Origin: Octopus sinensis
Lineage: Eukaryota
Direction: 5' to 3'
Assembly (NCBI RefSeq): GCF_006345805.1
Contig: NC_043007.1
Location: 6,510,001-6,574,000, forward strand
DNA: 64,000 bases
Position numbers and translations under genes: made by a program. Within the stretch, counting starts at the first letter, position 1, and each line of letters starts with the position of its first letter. Under the pieces are notes generated by a model. That model did no database searches and was not told where the DNA came from. It saw nothing but the letters and a program-made list of their open reading frames with translations. Below are positions 25,910 to 38,390 of this stretch, in pieces.

Positions 25910-26281
25910 AGTAAGGATTGTTTTTGCCAACTAAATGTGACAGCTCTGGTTAGGACGATTGTTATTGCTTTTAAGCCCCAGGAAACATCGTCTCCAGCTG
26001 GCTATACGACACACTATCTGCGTCCTTATATTTTCGAACAAGGGAGTTTAGCGTCCCCACTCAGCTCATAACCCACAGCCGTGGTTATTCTGTTCTGACG
26101 AAGCCCAGAAACCAGTGGCACACAGACGTTGCTCTGAGGTGAGTGCGGACGCTAAACACCGTTCTTCGGAAATATAAAGACGCCTTTAGTGTCGTATAGC
26201 CAGCTGGAGACGATGTTCCCTGGGGCTAAGAGTAACAATCGTCCTAATCAGGACTGCCACATCATGTTGGCAAATAATCTT

Positions 26282-26285
<4 letters not shown>
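25910..26285. mobile_element. Foldback element/MITE with long imperfect inverted arms (~150 bp)
   Basis: Left ...gccccaggaaacatcgtctccagctggctatacgacac... pairs with right gtgtcgtatagccagctggagacgatgttccctggggc. Complementarity extends to gtaaggattgtttttgccaac / gttggcaaataatctttac. Confidence 0.85.
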
Positions 26286-26325
<40 letters not shown>

Positions 26326-26368
26326 ATGTTTACTATATATATATATAATATATATATATAATGTTTAC

Positions 26369-26402
<34 letters not shown>

Positions 26403-27433
26403 ATATGCATATATGTATGTATGTATGTATGTATGTATATGTATGAATGCATCATTAAACATATCAATAAGGTTCTCTATAAATCCTGTAACCACAGGTT
26501 TCCAGCATTTGGAATATTTTTCCGTAAAGCTCTGTTAAGACATGTGAGGTTAACCATTTTGGGCAATTGGAACTAGACCATACAGACTGTGAAACTGCAA
26601 ACTATATTGTTGAAAAACGGTGCTTTAAGCCCTCCTAATAGCACATTATTTCTAAAACGATATCTGTGATAGATCTCCATTGGACTACCTTCCGGATGTG
26701 TTCTGTAAAAAGTTGGAAAAAAAGGTAATAGTTATCAATGGAAAATTAAATTCGAAGTTTCGAGACCTGTCGAATGTTTATTTTCTGTCATAAATTTACA
26801 TGAAACTGGTTTTGTGATTGTAGAATATTATTAAAACGAATTTCACATGCCTTTCGTTTCAGTTAAGAGTAACAATTAACATGAAATTAATATCTCTCTC
26901 GTGTTGCAGAAAATGCTAAAAAGAATAATTCCCTTTGTTTAGCGGCTATCAAATGAGAATTCACAATTAATTGAATTGTACTGCTTTTCAAAAAAAAAAA
27001 AAAAGACAAAATGACTTTAAGCAAGAAAAATTCTTGAGAGAAAACTGCAGAAAAACTAAACTTGGTACTCTGCCTGTCTCTTTCACAGTCATTGCCACTC
27101 CCTTTCTCTTTCGCGCTCTTTCCTGTTTTCCCTTCCGTCCCTAACCCCACAATAATGCTTAATAAAGTTCTCATGTTGTGACATAAAAACCCTCGTACAG
27201 TTGGACAAGTAAACGGAAGAAAATCCCAACTTATCTAATTTTTGGACTGACCCAAAATAGCTAAAGCATGACTTCTCAGTAGAAATCAAGAAACCTGTAG
27301 AAATGGCCACTTCTGGCCCTCTAGTGTAAATTTCATGAAGTTACGTCACAATTCTCGTCCATTAAAATGATAACAGATATAACTGGTCTTTTAATGTAGT
27401 TAAAAATATGAATGTATGAAGTATATCGTTCCG

Positions 27434-27476
<43 letters not shown>

Positions 27477-27764
27477 GCATCTATGTATGTGTGCATATAT
27501 GTATGTATGTATGTAATATGAATGTATGTGTGTGTATGTGAGTGTCTGTGTGTTGTATATATGTTTGTATTTATAAAGCCAATTATATAGAGATATATAG
27601 ATGGATAGGCATTGTACATTATGAATACCTAATTTATGTATTTAGCTAATGTATAATCCGCAAGAAGAACACGATTTATTTAGATGATAGATTAAATTTT
27701 ATTACGATCAATAACACGCCTGTTGTAGCAAGTATCATTATTCCACAAATTTCCTCACAGATAG

Positions 27765-27830
27765 GAAATTTTCAGTGACGTTTTATAGTTTTATAATCAA
27801 TAAATATTGACACCGCATTGTGTGCTTGAG
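27765..27830 (+). mobile_element. SINE body fragment (third family)
   Basis: gtgcttgagcaagacactttatttcacgtaggtccagttcattaagct resembles 57515-57560. Confidence 0.45.
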
Positions 27831-28044
27831 CAAGACACTTTATTTCACGTAGGTCCAGTTCATTAAGCTAGCAAAAATGAATTGTAACCATAATACAATG
27901 GGATAACCCTGTTACGCCTATTTGTTTCTGAGAACTACGTGAAAGGTACGTGTGTCAATAGAGTGCACAGCTATTTGCACGTTAATTTGGCCGATCCACC
28001 GGAAATACACGTCGTCGCAACCGACGGAGAGCCAGGTCATATAT

Positions 28045-28084
<40 letters not shown>

Positions 28085-28390
28085 TGTGTGTGTGCGTGCG
28101 TGTGTGTGTATATATGTGAGCGGTGGTTCAGATCAAATACATTATAACTATAAAAAGAAGGAAGAAATTATTTTCTTAATTTATGTTGTATTATTTCTTG
28201 AAATTTCTAATTATTTACAGTGTTAAAAATATATGGAATCTACTTAATCATGTCACTGGATGAGCAAGATCTGATCAATAACTTTATATTTCAGCGAAAA
28301 GGGCAAATGTATCACGTACATATTTCACCTTAACATGATCAGTAAACATCAATCAAGTTTAACATCAGTCAATTATGGGCGAAAAAAAAA

Positions 28391-28425
28391 AACAACCTCG
28401 TTTTATACAGATTGTCTCATAAATT
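28391..28425 (+). mobile_element. Possible Tc1/mariner-type terminus
   Basis: TACAGATTGTCTCATAAATTTGGGACAC resembles TA|CAGGGTGTCCCA-type TIRs. No partner end seen. Confidence 0.25.
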
Positions 28426-29889
28426 TGGGACACATTTTAAATGGAAATGACTATTGGCACAAACACTGGCGATTGCACAGAACTGGTAAATAAGAAATAT
28501 AGTATGTCTCATCACTGAAAAAAAAATCAATTGGTTATTACATCATTTTCATGTATTTTTCCATGGCAACGTCGGTGAAGCCCTTAAATTTTATCCCTTC
28601 GCAGTCATCCCTAGAATAATGAGTCCACAAACATCCGTAAACTAACTGTAGTGTTTGAGATATATGTAAAACCACTCTATTGTTAAAAAATATTAACTGA
28701 ATCGTTTCATGACACTACTTGTCTAATACAGTGATTTTCAATGTGCAATTATCTTCATATGAATTCATATTATACTAAAATCATATATTCACGTTTTATT
28801 AAGAAAAACAAAATACATTAATATAGTCTTCTCTTAATATGCTGAGCGAATTATCAAATAAAACTTTTTCTTCTCTGTTATAACTTTCATTAAAACGAAA
28901 AAAATTAAACTAATACAATAATAGCAAAAATTATTTTAATAACATGCTACAATATTGCAAGGTATTATCAGATTAAATTTCGTTGTCAATTATGAGAGAA
29001 AATGATAGTCGAAAATTTCGGCCACGCAATGAAGACCCTTCAAAACGTTAATAAGTTATCTAACAAAAATTAAAAAATGAATAAATAGATAAATAAAAGA
29101 AAATTTCTATTTCACAAATACATTATCAAAATTGAATGGTTTATCAGATCAATAAACTTATTTGCAATGCAAGCTTAATATAAAAATATATACAACATAA
29201 TCAGAAATCACTCCTGAATGTGAACGACTATAAGTGCAGGCAGTAATCTGAATTCATTTTATTTGAGATTTCTCGCAATTTTATTCCCATGCAGTAACAC
29301 TTGGTCAAGTTATCAACCACGTTCCTACCACGAGCAAGATATAAATTTTGTTAACCTTATTCACAGAGAAAGAAAGCTTCACGCTTCCGATGCTCAAACG
29401 ATCATTGAGAAATGAAAGGGCATATATTAAGTATTTAAATGCAAAATTTATAATGCAATTATTATGAGCATGATACAGCAGAATTACATCAATAACAGGA
29501 ACATTAAACGAACTTTGCACTACGGATAAAAATTTGTTTCAATAGTTTTAATACGACTTTGCTTTTCTTGATTGTTTGTTAAGATTTTAGATTTATTTCC
29601 TTATTTTCCTTCATATTTATAACATTTTATCCATTTTCTATCTTTCTAACACGTGTATACAATGTTAAGAATTTCGTTAGCGTTCATAAAGAACATGTTT
29701 AATCAGATTCCAAATTTCAGAACCATTTTTACATTCAACCAATGAAATCTGGCTTGCTTTTTATTTCTCAATGCGGGATTAAAATTGAGAAGCTTGTTGC
29801 ATAACCACGTGCTAGTATCTTCTACAATAAACCGGGTCAGATAAAAGCCTTGTGAGTGAATTTGATGGACGAAACCTGGAGGAAGACCG

Positions 29890-29944
<55 letters not shown>

Positions 29945-30829
29945 TGTGTGAGTGTGTGTGTAATCGATTAGAAAAACGTAATTGAATGAATAACTAATGA
30001 GACAAAAGAGAATACATATGTGTGTATATGTACACATTGAGATTGATGCATGTGTGTGTATATTGGCGTATATGTGTGTGTACGTAAGTTTGTACATACG
30101 TGTACGTGTGTGTATCTACATAATGACTCACAGATATGTATATGCGTCTATTTGGTTGTTTGTCTGTGCGCATAAGTGTGGGTATGTGTACATGTGCACG
30201 TGGACTGATGCATGTGGGTATCTATGGGTACATATGCATGTACGCGTGTGTATATATATATACGTGCATGTCCGTATTTATGTATACGTATATTTCTGCA
30301 CGGGTGGATGCACGTGTGTGTCAAGACGCGCAATCCCTGACGAAGCGGGCAAATGCCAACATGATTGGCTGCACTCAATATTTTTAACTGGTCCACACTT
30401 TATGTAGGCTTGCATCCCATCTAACAGCTGTTTCTGCTTCTAATGTTCTTTGGTATTGCCATTGATAGGCTAAAAATATTTATCATATTTGGTAACAAAA
30501 GCGATATGAAAGATGGAGCTTCATCAGATTGAAGGATAAATAAAAAAGAAGTGTCTAGAGAAGAAAAAGGAAAAGTTGGATATGGTTGTAATCATGCCAT
30601 TTGGCCTGTGTAGCTCTATGGGACGTTAAGTCAATGACTAAGATTAAAATAGTATTTCGTAGATTAATCCTTTGTACAGGAGTATAGGATGGAGAAATAA
30701 TAAAAGAAGGAAAACTTATACTGGGATACACCAATAGATTTTAGTCGGGGAAGGGGTGAAGATACAATAAGTTTTTGAATTAAGCATAATTTTTAATAAT
30801 TAAGTTTATGGTACTAATTCATTGTATAT

Positions 30830-30882
<53 letters not shown>

Positions 30883-30989
30883 ATATATATAAAATATATA
30901 TAAAATGTATGTATGCATTTATATATATCCACATATATACATAATTTTATGCTTCTTTGTGTGCTTTTTATGTTTGATTTGGGTTTTGG

Positions 30990-31059
<70 letters not shown>

Positions 31060-32451
31060 TATACCAACACACTCCTACATACGTATGTGTGGTTGTAGGG
31101 TGAGAAGGAACGAGACACAGATAGAGGGAAATAGAGATAAATAGAGGGAGAGAGAGAGAAAGAGAGAAAGAGAGAGAGAAGGAGAGAGAGATTGAACTGT
31201 TAGTGAGCTCTTCCAATCTGGAAATATAAGAACCATAATCTTGAGCGATTTTGATGCTGCAAATACAAGAAATTGTCGGTTGTAATGGCGTAACAATTTT
31301 CAATGACTTCTTATTAAGTCTAACTGGAACATTTTGCACAGCTTTTCTTGTAATCGCTTCGACATGGAGCAATATGAAAATAAAATTGGAATTTAAGATA
31401 CTGGTTATTATTTCCAAAAGGACACATATATATCCTGCTAATATCGATTATATTGTATAAGAACGTTTTGTAAATATTATTAAGAATTGAAAGCACAATA
31501 TAAATGTACAATGAATTATAGGCTTGCTTATGAATTACAAGGTATAGTTGCAATAAACGAGAATGAACATTGTAACAAAAGAGAACACGTGCGCATAAAT
31601 TTGGGGATATAATTTGAAGGAATTCTACGTCATTTTTTAAACAATATCTTATTGCTGTATTGGACAAATTTTCATCCACGGTTATTAGTTATAAATTCTC
31701 TGAATATGTTGGAAAATGGTTGCCCATAATATATCAATCTGTTTCGATTTGTCAAGTCAAAATACATTTTGGACATCGATTTTTTGAAAGTCGTAGCAAA
31801 TAAAACAAAATGGCTGACGAATATTACTTTACAAAAATTGAACAAAAAGAGTTTTTTTCTTTTCAGATGTAGACAGATTCTTATAAAGAAATCATAGTGT
31901 GTGTGTGTGTGTGTGCATGTGTATATCTGTGTGTATGTATGTATGTATGTATGTATATATATATATATAAGCGCACACATGTCTATACATGCATCAAATA
32001 TATATACATATATATTTATGCCTGTGAGTGTTTGTGCGTGTGCGCATGCACCCAGGGAATTCTTGATTCTGAAGATTATCTTACTATATCATATGAAGCT
32101 GTTTCCTACTGACACTTATAAATAATTGAGCCAATCTCTACAAGCGATTATTCCAATAAATCAATTATGCCTAATTTATATTACTTGATTAACCTATATA
32201 TGTGTCTTCATATATAGGTACTCACTAATCAAATTTTGGCCTATAACTGGTCAGAACATCACCGAAGGTTTCGCGCTGTCTATTGTACTTGGCAAAATCT
32301 ATGACTCTTCAGACATGTTAACCGAAATCGCGTTGCCTCTTTAATGTCAGAGGTAAATATATAGTCCCTTTTCGGTACAGTGTTGATCAAAAGAAACATG
32401 GATCGAAGATGTGTTGAAATATATATTATCCTGCAGGAACAAGAGAGTTAC

Positions 32452-32516
32452 TTCTCATAGGACTCAGACGGAAGAGTGCCAGTTGTACAAGTGTCCATGC
32501 TTCTTTGTTCTCTGGC
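32452..32516 (-). CDS. Candidate 65-nt exon, copy 2 (PENKEAWTLVQLALFRLSPMR or AREQRSMDTCTTGTLPSESYE)
   Basis: Acceptor ttttttttttcttcctag|G and donor GAA|gtaact. Two of three frames open. Confidence 0.4.
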
Positions 32517-32665
32517 CTAGGAAGAAAAAAAAAAGGTTTGTCAAAGCAAATTTCCTTTCATGAGAACAGCAAATTAAATATTTCCCTATTTATGCTCAGA
32601 AAATAAACCGAATCGTTTAACGATTTTTAAATGATTCTGGTCTCAGGCAAACAAACTTTGCAAAA

Positions 32666-32706
32666 CGGTGATGACCCAGCATGGCCACAGTTTTGAGCTG
32701 AAACTG
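32666..32706 (+). mobile_element. Isolated LINE/SINE 3' tail (also at about 33384-33424)
   Basis: cggtgatgacccagcatggccacagttttgagctgaaact resembles 57470-57510. Confidence 0.55.
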
Positions 32707-33170
32707 ATATATATATATATATATACATATATATTTATGCCTGTGAGTGTTTGTGCGTGTGCGCATGCACCCAGGGAATTCTTGATTCTGAAGATTATCT
32801 TACTATATCATATGAAGCTGTTTCCTACTGACACTTATAAATAATTGAGCCAATCTCTACAAGCGATTATTCCAATAAATCAATTATGCCTAATTTATAT
32901 TACTTGATTAACCTATATATGTGTCTTCATATATAGGTACTCACTAATCAAATTTTGGCCTATAACTGGTCAGAACATCACCGAAGGTTTCGCGCTGTCT
33001 ATTGTACTTGGCAAAATCTATGACTCTTCAGACATGTTAACCGAAATCGCGTTGCCTCTTTAATGTCAGAGGTAAATATATAGTCCCTTTTCGGTACAGT
33101 GTTGATCAAAAGAAACATGGATCGAAGATGTGTTGAAATATATATTATCCTGCAGGAACAAGAGAGTTAC

Positions 33171-33235
33171 TTCTCATAGGACTCAGACGGAAGAGTGCCA
33201 GTTGTACAAGTGTCCATGCTTCTTTGTTCTCTGGC
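33171..33235 (-). CDS. Candidate 65-nt exon, copy 1 (identical to 32452-32516)
   Basis: Same signals, within the tandem duplication. Confidence 0.4.
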
Positions 33236-33444
33236 CTAGGAAGAAAAAAAAAAGGTTTGTCAAGCAAATTTCCTTTCATGAGAACAGCAAATTAAATATT
33301 TCCCTATTTATGCTCAGAAAATAAACCGAATCGTTTAACGATTTTTAAATGATTCTGGTCTCAGGCAAACAAACTTTGCAAAACGGTGATGACCCAGCAT
33401 GGCCACAGTTTTGAGCTGAAACTGATATATATATATATATATAC

Positions 33445-33487
<43 letters not shown>

Positions 33488-33906
33488 TATATACATATAT
33501 ATATATGTATATCTTATAGATATATATTATATATCTGTATTACGGAAATTGGTCAGGTAGTTGGTGGGGAGAAGATGAAAGGGGCGGCATGTCTATATGT
33601 GGGCGTGTATACCTACTCATATAGTTTTGCGTGCATGTTTATATTGATGCGAGCGTGCACATTTGTATCTGTGCAGACACGCGCATATCTGCATACACAC
33701 ACTCACACACGGAGACGCTTGGGTGAATACATACGTGCGCACACGCACACATGCATACACACACACAGCAATACAGATATGCGCACTAATTCATATATGC
33801 GTATGCATATTCGAATGCATGTACGCATGCATACCGTTATTCGTCACACACGTATGCGCGAGCACATGTGCATTCGCACGCACGCGTGCGTGAGTATACA
33901 CACGTA

Positions 33907-34455
33907 GACTAAGCGTTGGGCATTAGTAAGCGATAGACTTTGGTAAACGTTGGGGATTGGTAAATGGTGATGCTGCTGATGGGGTTGGTTGGTAGCCTTT
34001 GGTGCAGGTGGTGTAGAGTACCTGATGGTGGGAAGGTGGTATATCCGGGTTGTCGGCAGCCAGAGGCCTGAAATTTGCCAGAAGGGCACATCACTGGTGA
34101 CAGCAACACGATAAATCCTATTTCTTGTTGATGGATAATGCGAGTTGTTGGAGAATACGCAGTTTTTCGTGTAGGCAGTTGGGAGAACCGGGTGAATATG
34201 ATGGCGCTCTGACGACAATAGTCCATTTGAGACTGGGGATTTCATCACCCAGAACACCGAATCTCCAGAGAAAACGAAACAGGAAAGTCGATTTCTCTTT
34301 GTCCCTGGATCTGAAGGGGTGCATATGCTGGGAGTATCTTCCGTTGAAGTCATTAGCTGTCATACCCATATAGTAGCTAGTAATGCCATCTGGTGGTGTA
34401 AGGGTGGCTCTGTATACTACGGCCCATGATCTTTCTAGAGGGAACATGGTGGGGT
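33907..34455 (-). mobile_element. Penelope-like element fragment, GIY-YIG endonuclease domain
   Basis: VVYRATLT...YYMGMTANDFNGRYSQH...LKWTIVVRAPSY...CLHEKLRIL...INKK matches the PLE GIY-YIG pattern. Frameshift near 34118. Confidence 0.85.
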
Positions 34456-34500
34456 TTCGAATTTGAATCAAACTCTTTTGATCCATGTGCATGCATGTAT

Positions 34501-34588
<88 letters not shown>

Positions 34589-34592
<4 letters not shown>

Positions 34593-34720
34593 CATTTCTG
34601 TGCACGTCCTCACGTTACTTTTCTCGTTAACAAATATGCATATATATATATATATATATATAATATATATATATATATAATACATTTTTGTGCACGTCCT
34701 CACGTTACTTTTCTCGTTAA
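34589..34720 (+). repeat. 42-bp unique unit duplicated at 90-bp spacing with (TA)n spacers
   Basis: aatacatt(t/c)tgtgcacgtcctcacgttacttttctcgttaa occurs twice, with one mismatch. Confidence 0.9.
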
Positions 34721-34932
34721 TATATATGTATGTATATATATATATATATATATAATATATATATATATATGTATGTATGCATGTATGTATGTATGTACGT
34801 ATGTTGTGAATACTTTCGGCACACACGTTTTTTCTCATCGCATTCTCTGTAAGTCAGCACATTTAATGTCTGTGTTTCTATTGTCTCCCTCCTACTTCAC
34901 TCTGGTGGCAAATAAAAAAAATTATCCTCCTC

Positions 34933-34963
34933 TTCATCACCATCATCATCGTCGTCGACGTCG

Positions 34964-34995
<32 letters not shown>

Positions 34996-34996
34996 G
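34933..34996. repeat. (CAT)n/(CGT)n trinucleotide repeat
   Basis: Directly visible; source of the poly-His and poly-Asp ORFs. Confidence 0.9.
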
Positions 34997-35146
34997 TCAG
35001 CCATGTGTGTATAACAGTAAGCAAACACATTATTTTCGACGCTTCTAGTGTAAGAACAAATATTTGCGTGCTTACAGTTATACATACATGGTCGTTCTAT
35101 AACTCTAAAGTATTTAGCATCAAAATGCTGTGCTGAATTTGTCACC

Positions 35147-35218
35147 CGGCTGTGTAGCTTCATCGTAAAGCACGCAGTCGGAGTATTTGAAGGATATGGG
35201 TTCGAGTACCATAGCTGG
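35147..35218 (+). pseudogene. tRNA-like pseudogene or SINE head
   Basis: 7-bp acceptor-like stem cggctgt/atagctg, D-arm-like gct..agc and T-loop TTCGAGT. The anticodon arm does not fold. Confidence 0.4.
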
Positions 35219-35364
35219 TTGCTGACAATTTTTTACGCCAGTATTTCTGCTGTTCAACCCTGCTTTTGAAAAATTATCACCTTATTCGTTTCGTAGAATA
35301 CACATTTTCGACACTTCTAGTAAAAGAAGAAATATTTGTTTGTTTACATTTATATATATATATA

Positions 35365-35585
35365 TATTTCTTTATCACCCACAAGGGGCTAAAAATAGAG
35401 GGGACAAACAAGGACAGAGAAACGGATCAAGTCGATTACATCGACCCCAGTGCGAAACTAGTATTTTATTTATCGACCCCGAAAGGTTGAAAGGCAAAGT
35501 CGACCTCAGCAGAATTTGAACTCAGAACGTAACGACAGGCGAAATACCGCTAAGCTTTTTGCTACGTGTCTGCCAGCTCGCCGCC
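35365..35585 (-). mobile_element. Family A SINE
   Basis: Reverse-complement copy with a small head deletion. Confidence 0.9.
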
Positions 35586-36524
35586 TTTTACATACATACA
35601 TACATATATATTTATATATATATATATCTTTCTCATGATGCATTACAAAGTCCATTGAGCTATCATCGCATGCGAAAATGGCTTAGTAATACATGCTAAT
35701 ACATGCCACGTAACATGTCTCCGCGAATTAGTTTTGGTGCGTATGTATCCACGAACAGACGTAGGCCCAGAACTGCCTCTCTCTTTCAATTACAAAATGA
35801 AACATCCGTGAAGAAACTGAACGAAACAATGGCTGCATTATAATATAGTATACTATAATAGAGTATACTAGACTAGTGTGAAATTAATCAACGTCAGATC
35901 TCACCACTTTATAGTCATAAGGCTAACACCCTAACCATTGGGCCATGAACTTCTTAATCTAGAAACTAACGCGCACACCGCTGCTGCTATCTTTCGAGCT
36001 TTAACATTTTTTTGAAATTTATAAGATTGATATTGCTTCGAGCAAAAGGAAAATTTTGAATAAGGAGATAGAAATTATTTTAATTCTCTGTTTAGGTTTT
36101 CTTAGTATGAGAGCAGAAATTAGAAAGAAACTGCTATCGAATATTTATTATTGATATATGTCGTTGAAATCCATTAGAAAACTTTCCAGCTGACGTCGAC
36201 TGAAATATTACTGTTCTTTCAGACACGTATAGGGAATCATAAAAATGTTCTTTCTTCTTATTCAATATTCTATTATTTATTACGAAATCTTTCTGCTTCT
36301 ATTGCAGTGAAATTACATTAGCTTTTTAAATGGAAACTCCGAGATATTTCAAGTCTAGTAGTAAAAACATGACAGTTAGAAAAGCATATCTGGGTGAGAA
36401 ATATAAATTGACGAAGTCTAAAAAGAATGAAATACGTGTGCTGCTTTCTGGTTTATTAATCTAATATTCGTCATTAAGCTTATATTTTTACATCATCTTG
36501 TTATCTTTGGAACTTGGAACTTGG

Positions 36525-37186
36525 AACGGGACAGTGGCACACATTATGGAAAAATGCCCCAAGTTGGCGCAGGGAAAATATAAGAAATGAAGGCATGATC
36601 AGGTTGTAAAGGTTTTACACTGGAAACTGCCAGAAACTGGGGATTTGAAGCTGGAAACACATGGAACAATCATCGAATCGAAAGAGTAATGGTGTTGGAA
36701 GAATGTAAGATTTTTATGGGATTTTCCTATTCAAACAAACAAACAAAATTATAAAATAATAGACCTCACTAAACGATTATAGACCAGGAAAAGTGAAGTT
36801 GCTTACTTATCCACCCATCATGTCCATTTGATTCTAGGATCATAAACTAACTGGAATAAAATTAAAATAAAATACAATCCCTTGAAATTTGAAATAGGAA
36901 GAATTTGGAGCATGCGAAGAGTAAAGTTTGTGCTTATAATGACTGGTGCATTGGGAACAGAAGCCAAATTAATAACAAATGGCTGGAGATTGAAATAGAA
37001 TGCCCGGTAGAGCTCTTACAGAACGTTTGTCTCTTAGGGACAGCAAGGATTATCAGGAGGGTTCTAAGCACTTGAAAGACAACTGGAAACTTGTGGATAC
37101 CTAAGGTTACAGGAAGTAACCCACTGCGCACACAAATCCTTCCAGGAATAAGACCGAACCTGAGTCACGCCGAATACTAATAATAC
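36525..37186 (+). mobile_element. 3' fragment of an R4/Dong-type restriction-like-endonuclease LINE
   Basis: TVAHIMEKCPKLAQGKYKK*RHDQVVKVLHWKL, WDFPIQT, SCPFDSRI, KYNPLKFEIGRIW, TGALGT and LLGTARIIRRVL. Ends at TAATAATA. Confidence 0.85.
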
Positions 37187-37395
37187 TTTCTATTATAGAC
37201 ACAAGGCCTGAAATGTGAGGGAAGGACTCAATGTAATCAATGACAGTGCTCGACTGCTACTTACTTTATCGACCCCGTAATGATGAAAGGTAAAGTCGAC
37301 CACGGCGGAATTTGAACTCAGAACGTAGAGGCAAATAACATGCTGCTAATGTGTTTTGCCCAGCGTGCTAACAATTCTTCTAGCTCGCATCTTTA
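37186..37395 (-). mobile_element. Older family A-related SINE
   Basis: Core aaaggtaaagtcgaccacggcggaatttgaactcagaacg with the alternative tail. Confidence 0.8.
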
Positions 37396-38261
37396 AAATT
37401 AGCCTACCTATGTCGGGAATGGAACCCTTGCGATGAGAAATAGCTTTCATCTATCTAGAGCTTAATGTGAAGAAACGCTGAGGCGCAGCGTTAGAGATCG
37501 ATTTATAAGGCCACTAGGTCTGGGATGGATCTACAACATGGCGATTAAACTCCATAGCATTAGCTATAAAAGCGGCGGCAGGAGTGGCGCCATCTATGCT
37601 CTCTTACAGCAATCAAGATTAAACATTCGGTGACATATAATGAAATACCAGAAGACTTTCATGTAACTCAATTTGGCGTACGTTTCTTTGTAGAAATTAT
37701 TTCCTCTCATTCATCTCCTTAAGACTTCATCGCAAAACTGTTTTCAATCAATCAAGTTCGTAAATCTCTAAGAATTCAGCTTTGGCAGCTGTAATTAGGG
37801 TAATAAAAGGATATGAAATGACATAGTTTTAATCCCTTCCCACTCCTTACGATCAATTTGATAGAAAGAGTAGAATAGGCCTTTCCTATATACCGTTTGA
37901 GTTTGGCCATAAAATATGAAATTTTCTCACAAAATCTTGTTTCAAACTGGTGCCTGCATTACTGCTGTCTTAATATTCAATTGATAAATTCTTACTTGAA
38001 TCGGAAGTAAAGAGGGTATGCTATCTATAAATTGCATGTGCTCTAGTTGGTTAAACAAACAGTGCCGTTTATAATTAAAAGTACAGTATGCTACGGAAGA
38101 AAAATGCCTGCAGTGAACAGGACAGCATTTTCTATGGACTGGAAATGCCATACGTTTTACCTCACCATTTTACTAACTTCAAAATATTCATTTCATGTGT
38201 TGAAGTGGGTTAGTACAGAGTAGTTAAGGAGGAGTCGTAGGCATTCGCATAAATAATTCTA

Positions 38262-38390
38262 ACTTTGACACAAAGCCAGCAATTTTGAGGGGAGCGGGTA
38301 AGTCGATTACATCGACCCTAGTATATGACTGGTGTGTTACTTTACCCATCGCGAAAGAATAAGAGACAAAGATGAACTCAGCTGATATCG
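38262..38390 (-). mobile_element. Decayed SINE 3' half
   Basis: gacacaaagccagcaattttgaggggagcgggtaagtcgattacatcgaccc. Confidence 0.65.

Larger units (their letters stand above)
32005..33430 (+). repeat. Near-perfect tandem duplication, 719/718-bp unit, bounded by (TA)n
   Basis: 32021 onward equals 32740 onward. The only difference seen in unique sequence is gtcaaagc versus gtcaagc. Confidence 0.95.

Noticed and set aside
26090-26130. CUGACGA-AGCCCA-GAAAC in the MITE spacer
   Set aside because: No stem II pairing and no U16.1; cannot form a hammerhead as is.
30328-30375. CUGACGA followed by a GGC-AAAU-GCC hairpin
   Set aside because: GAAA and the NUH triplet are missing.
35147-35218. Functional tRNA gene
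   Set aside because: The anticodon arm does not fold and the T-stem closing pair is mismatched; kept only as a pseudogene or SINE head.
37996-38090. Minus exon-like segment (cttccgtag|C ... CAA|gtaaga; YCTFNYKRHCLFNQLEH...)
   Set aside because: Good signals, but phase 1-0 with the best acceptor does not fit the phase-2 chain. Left out pending RNA-seq.
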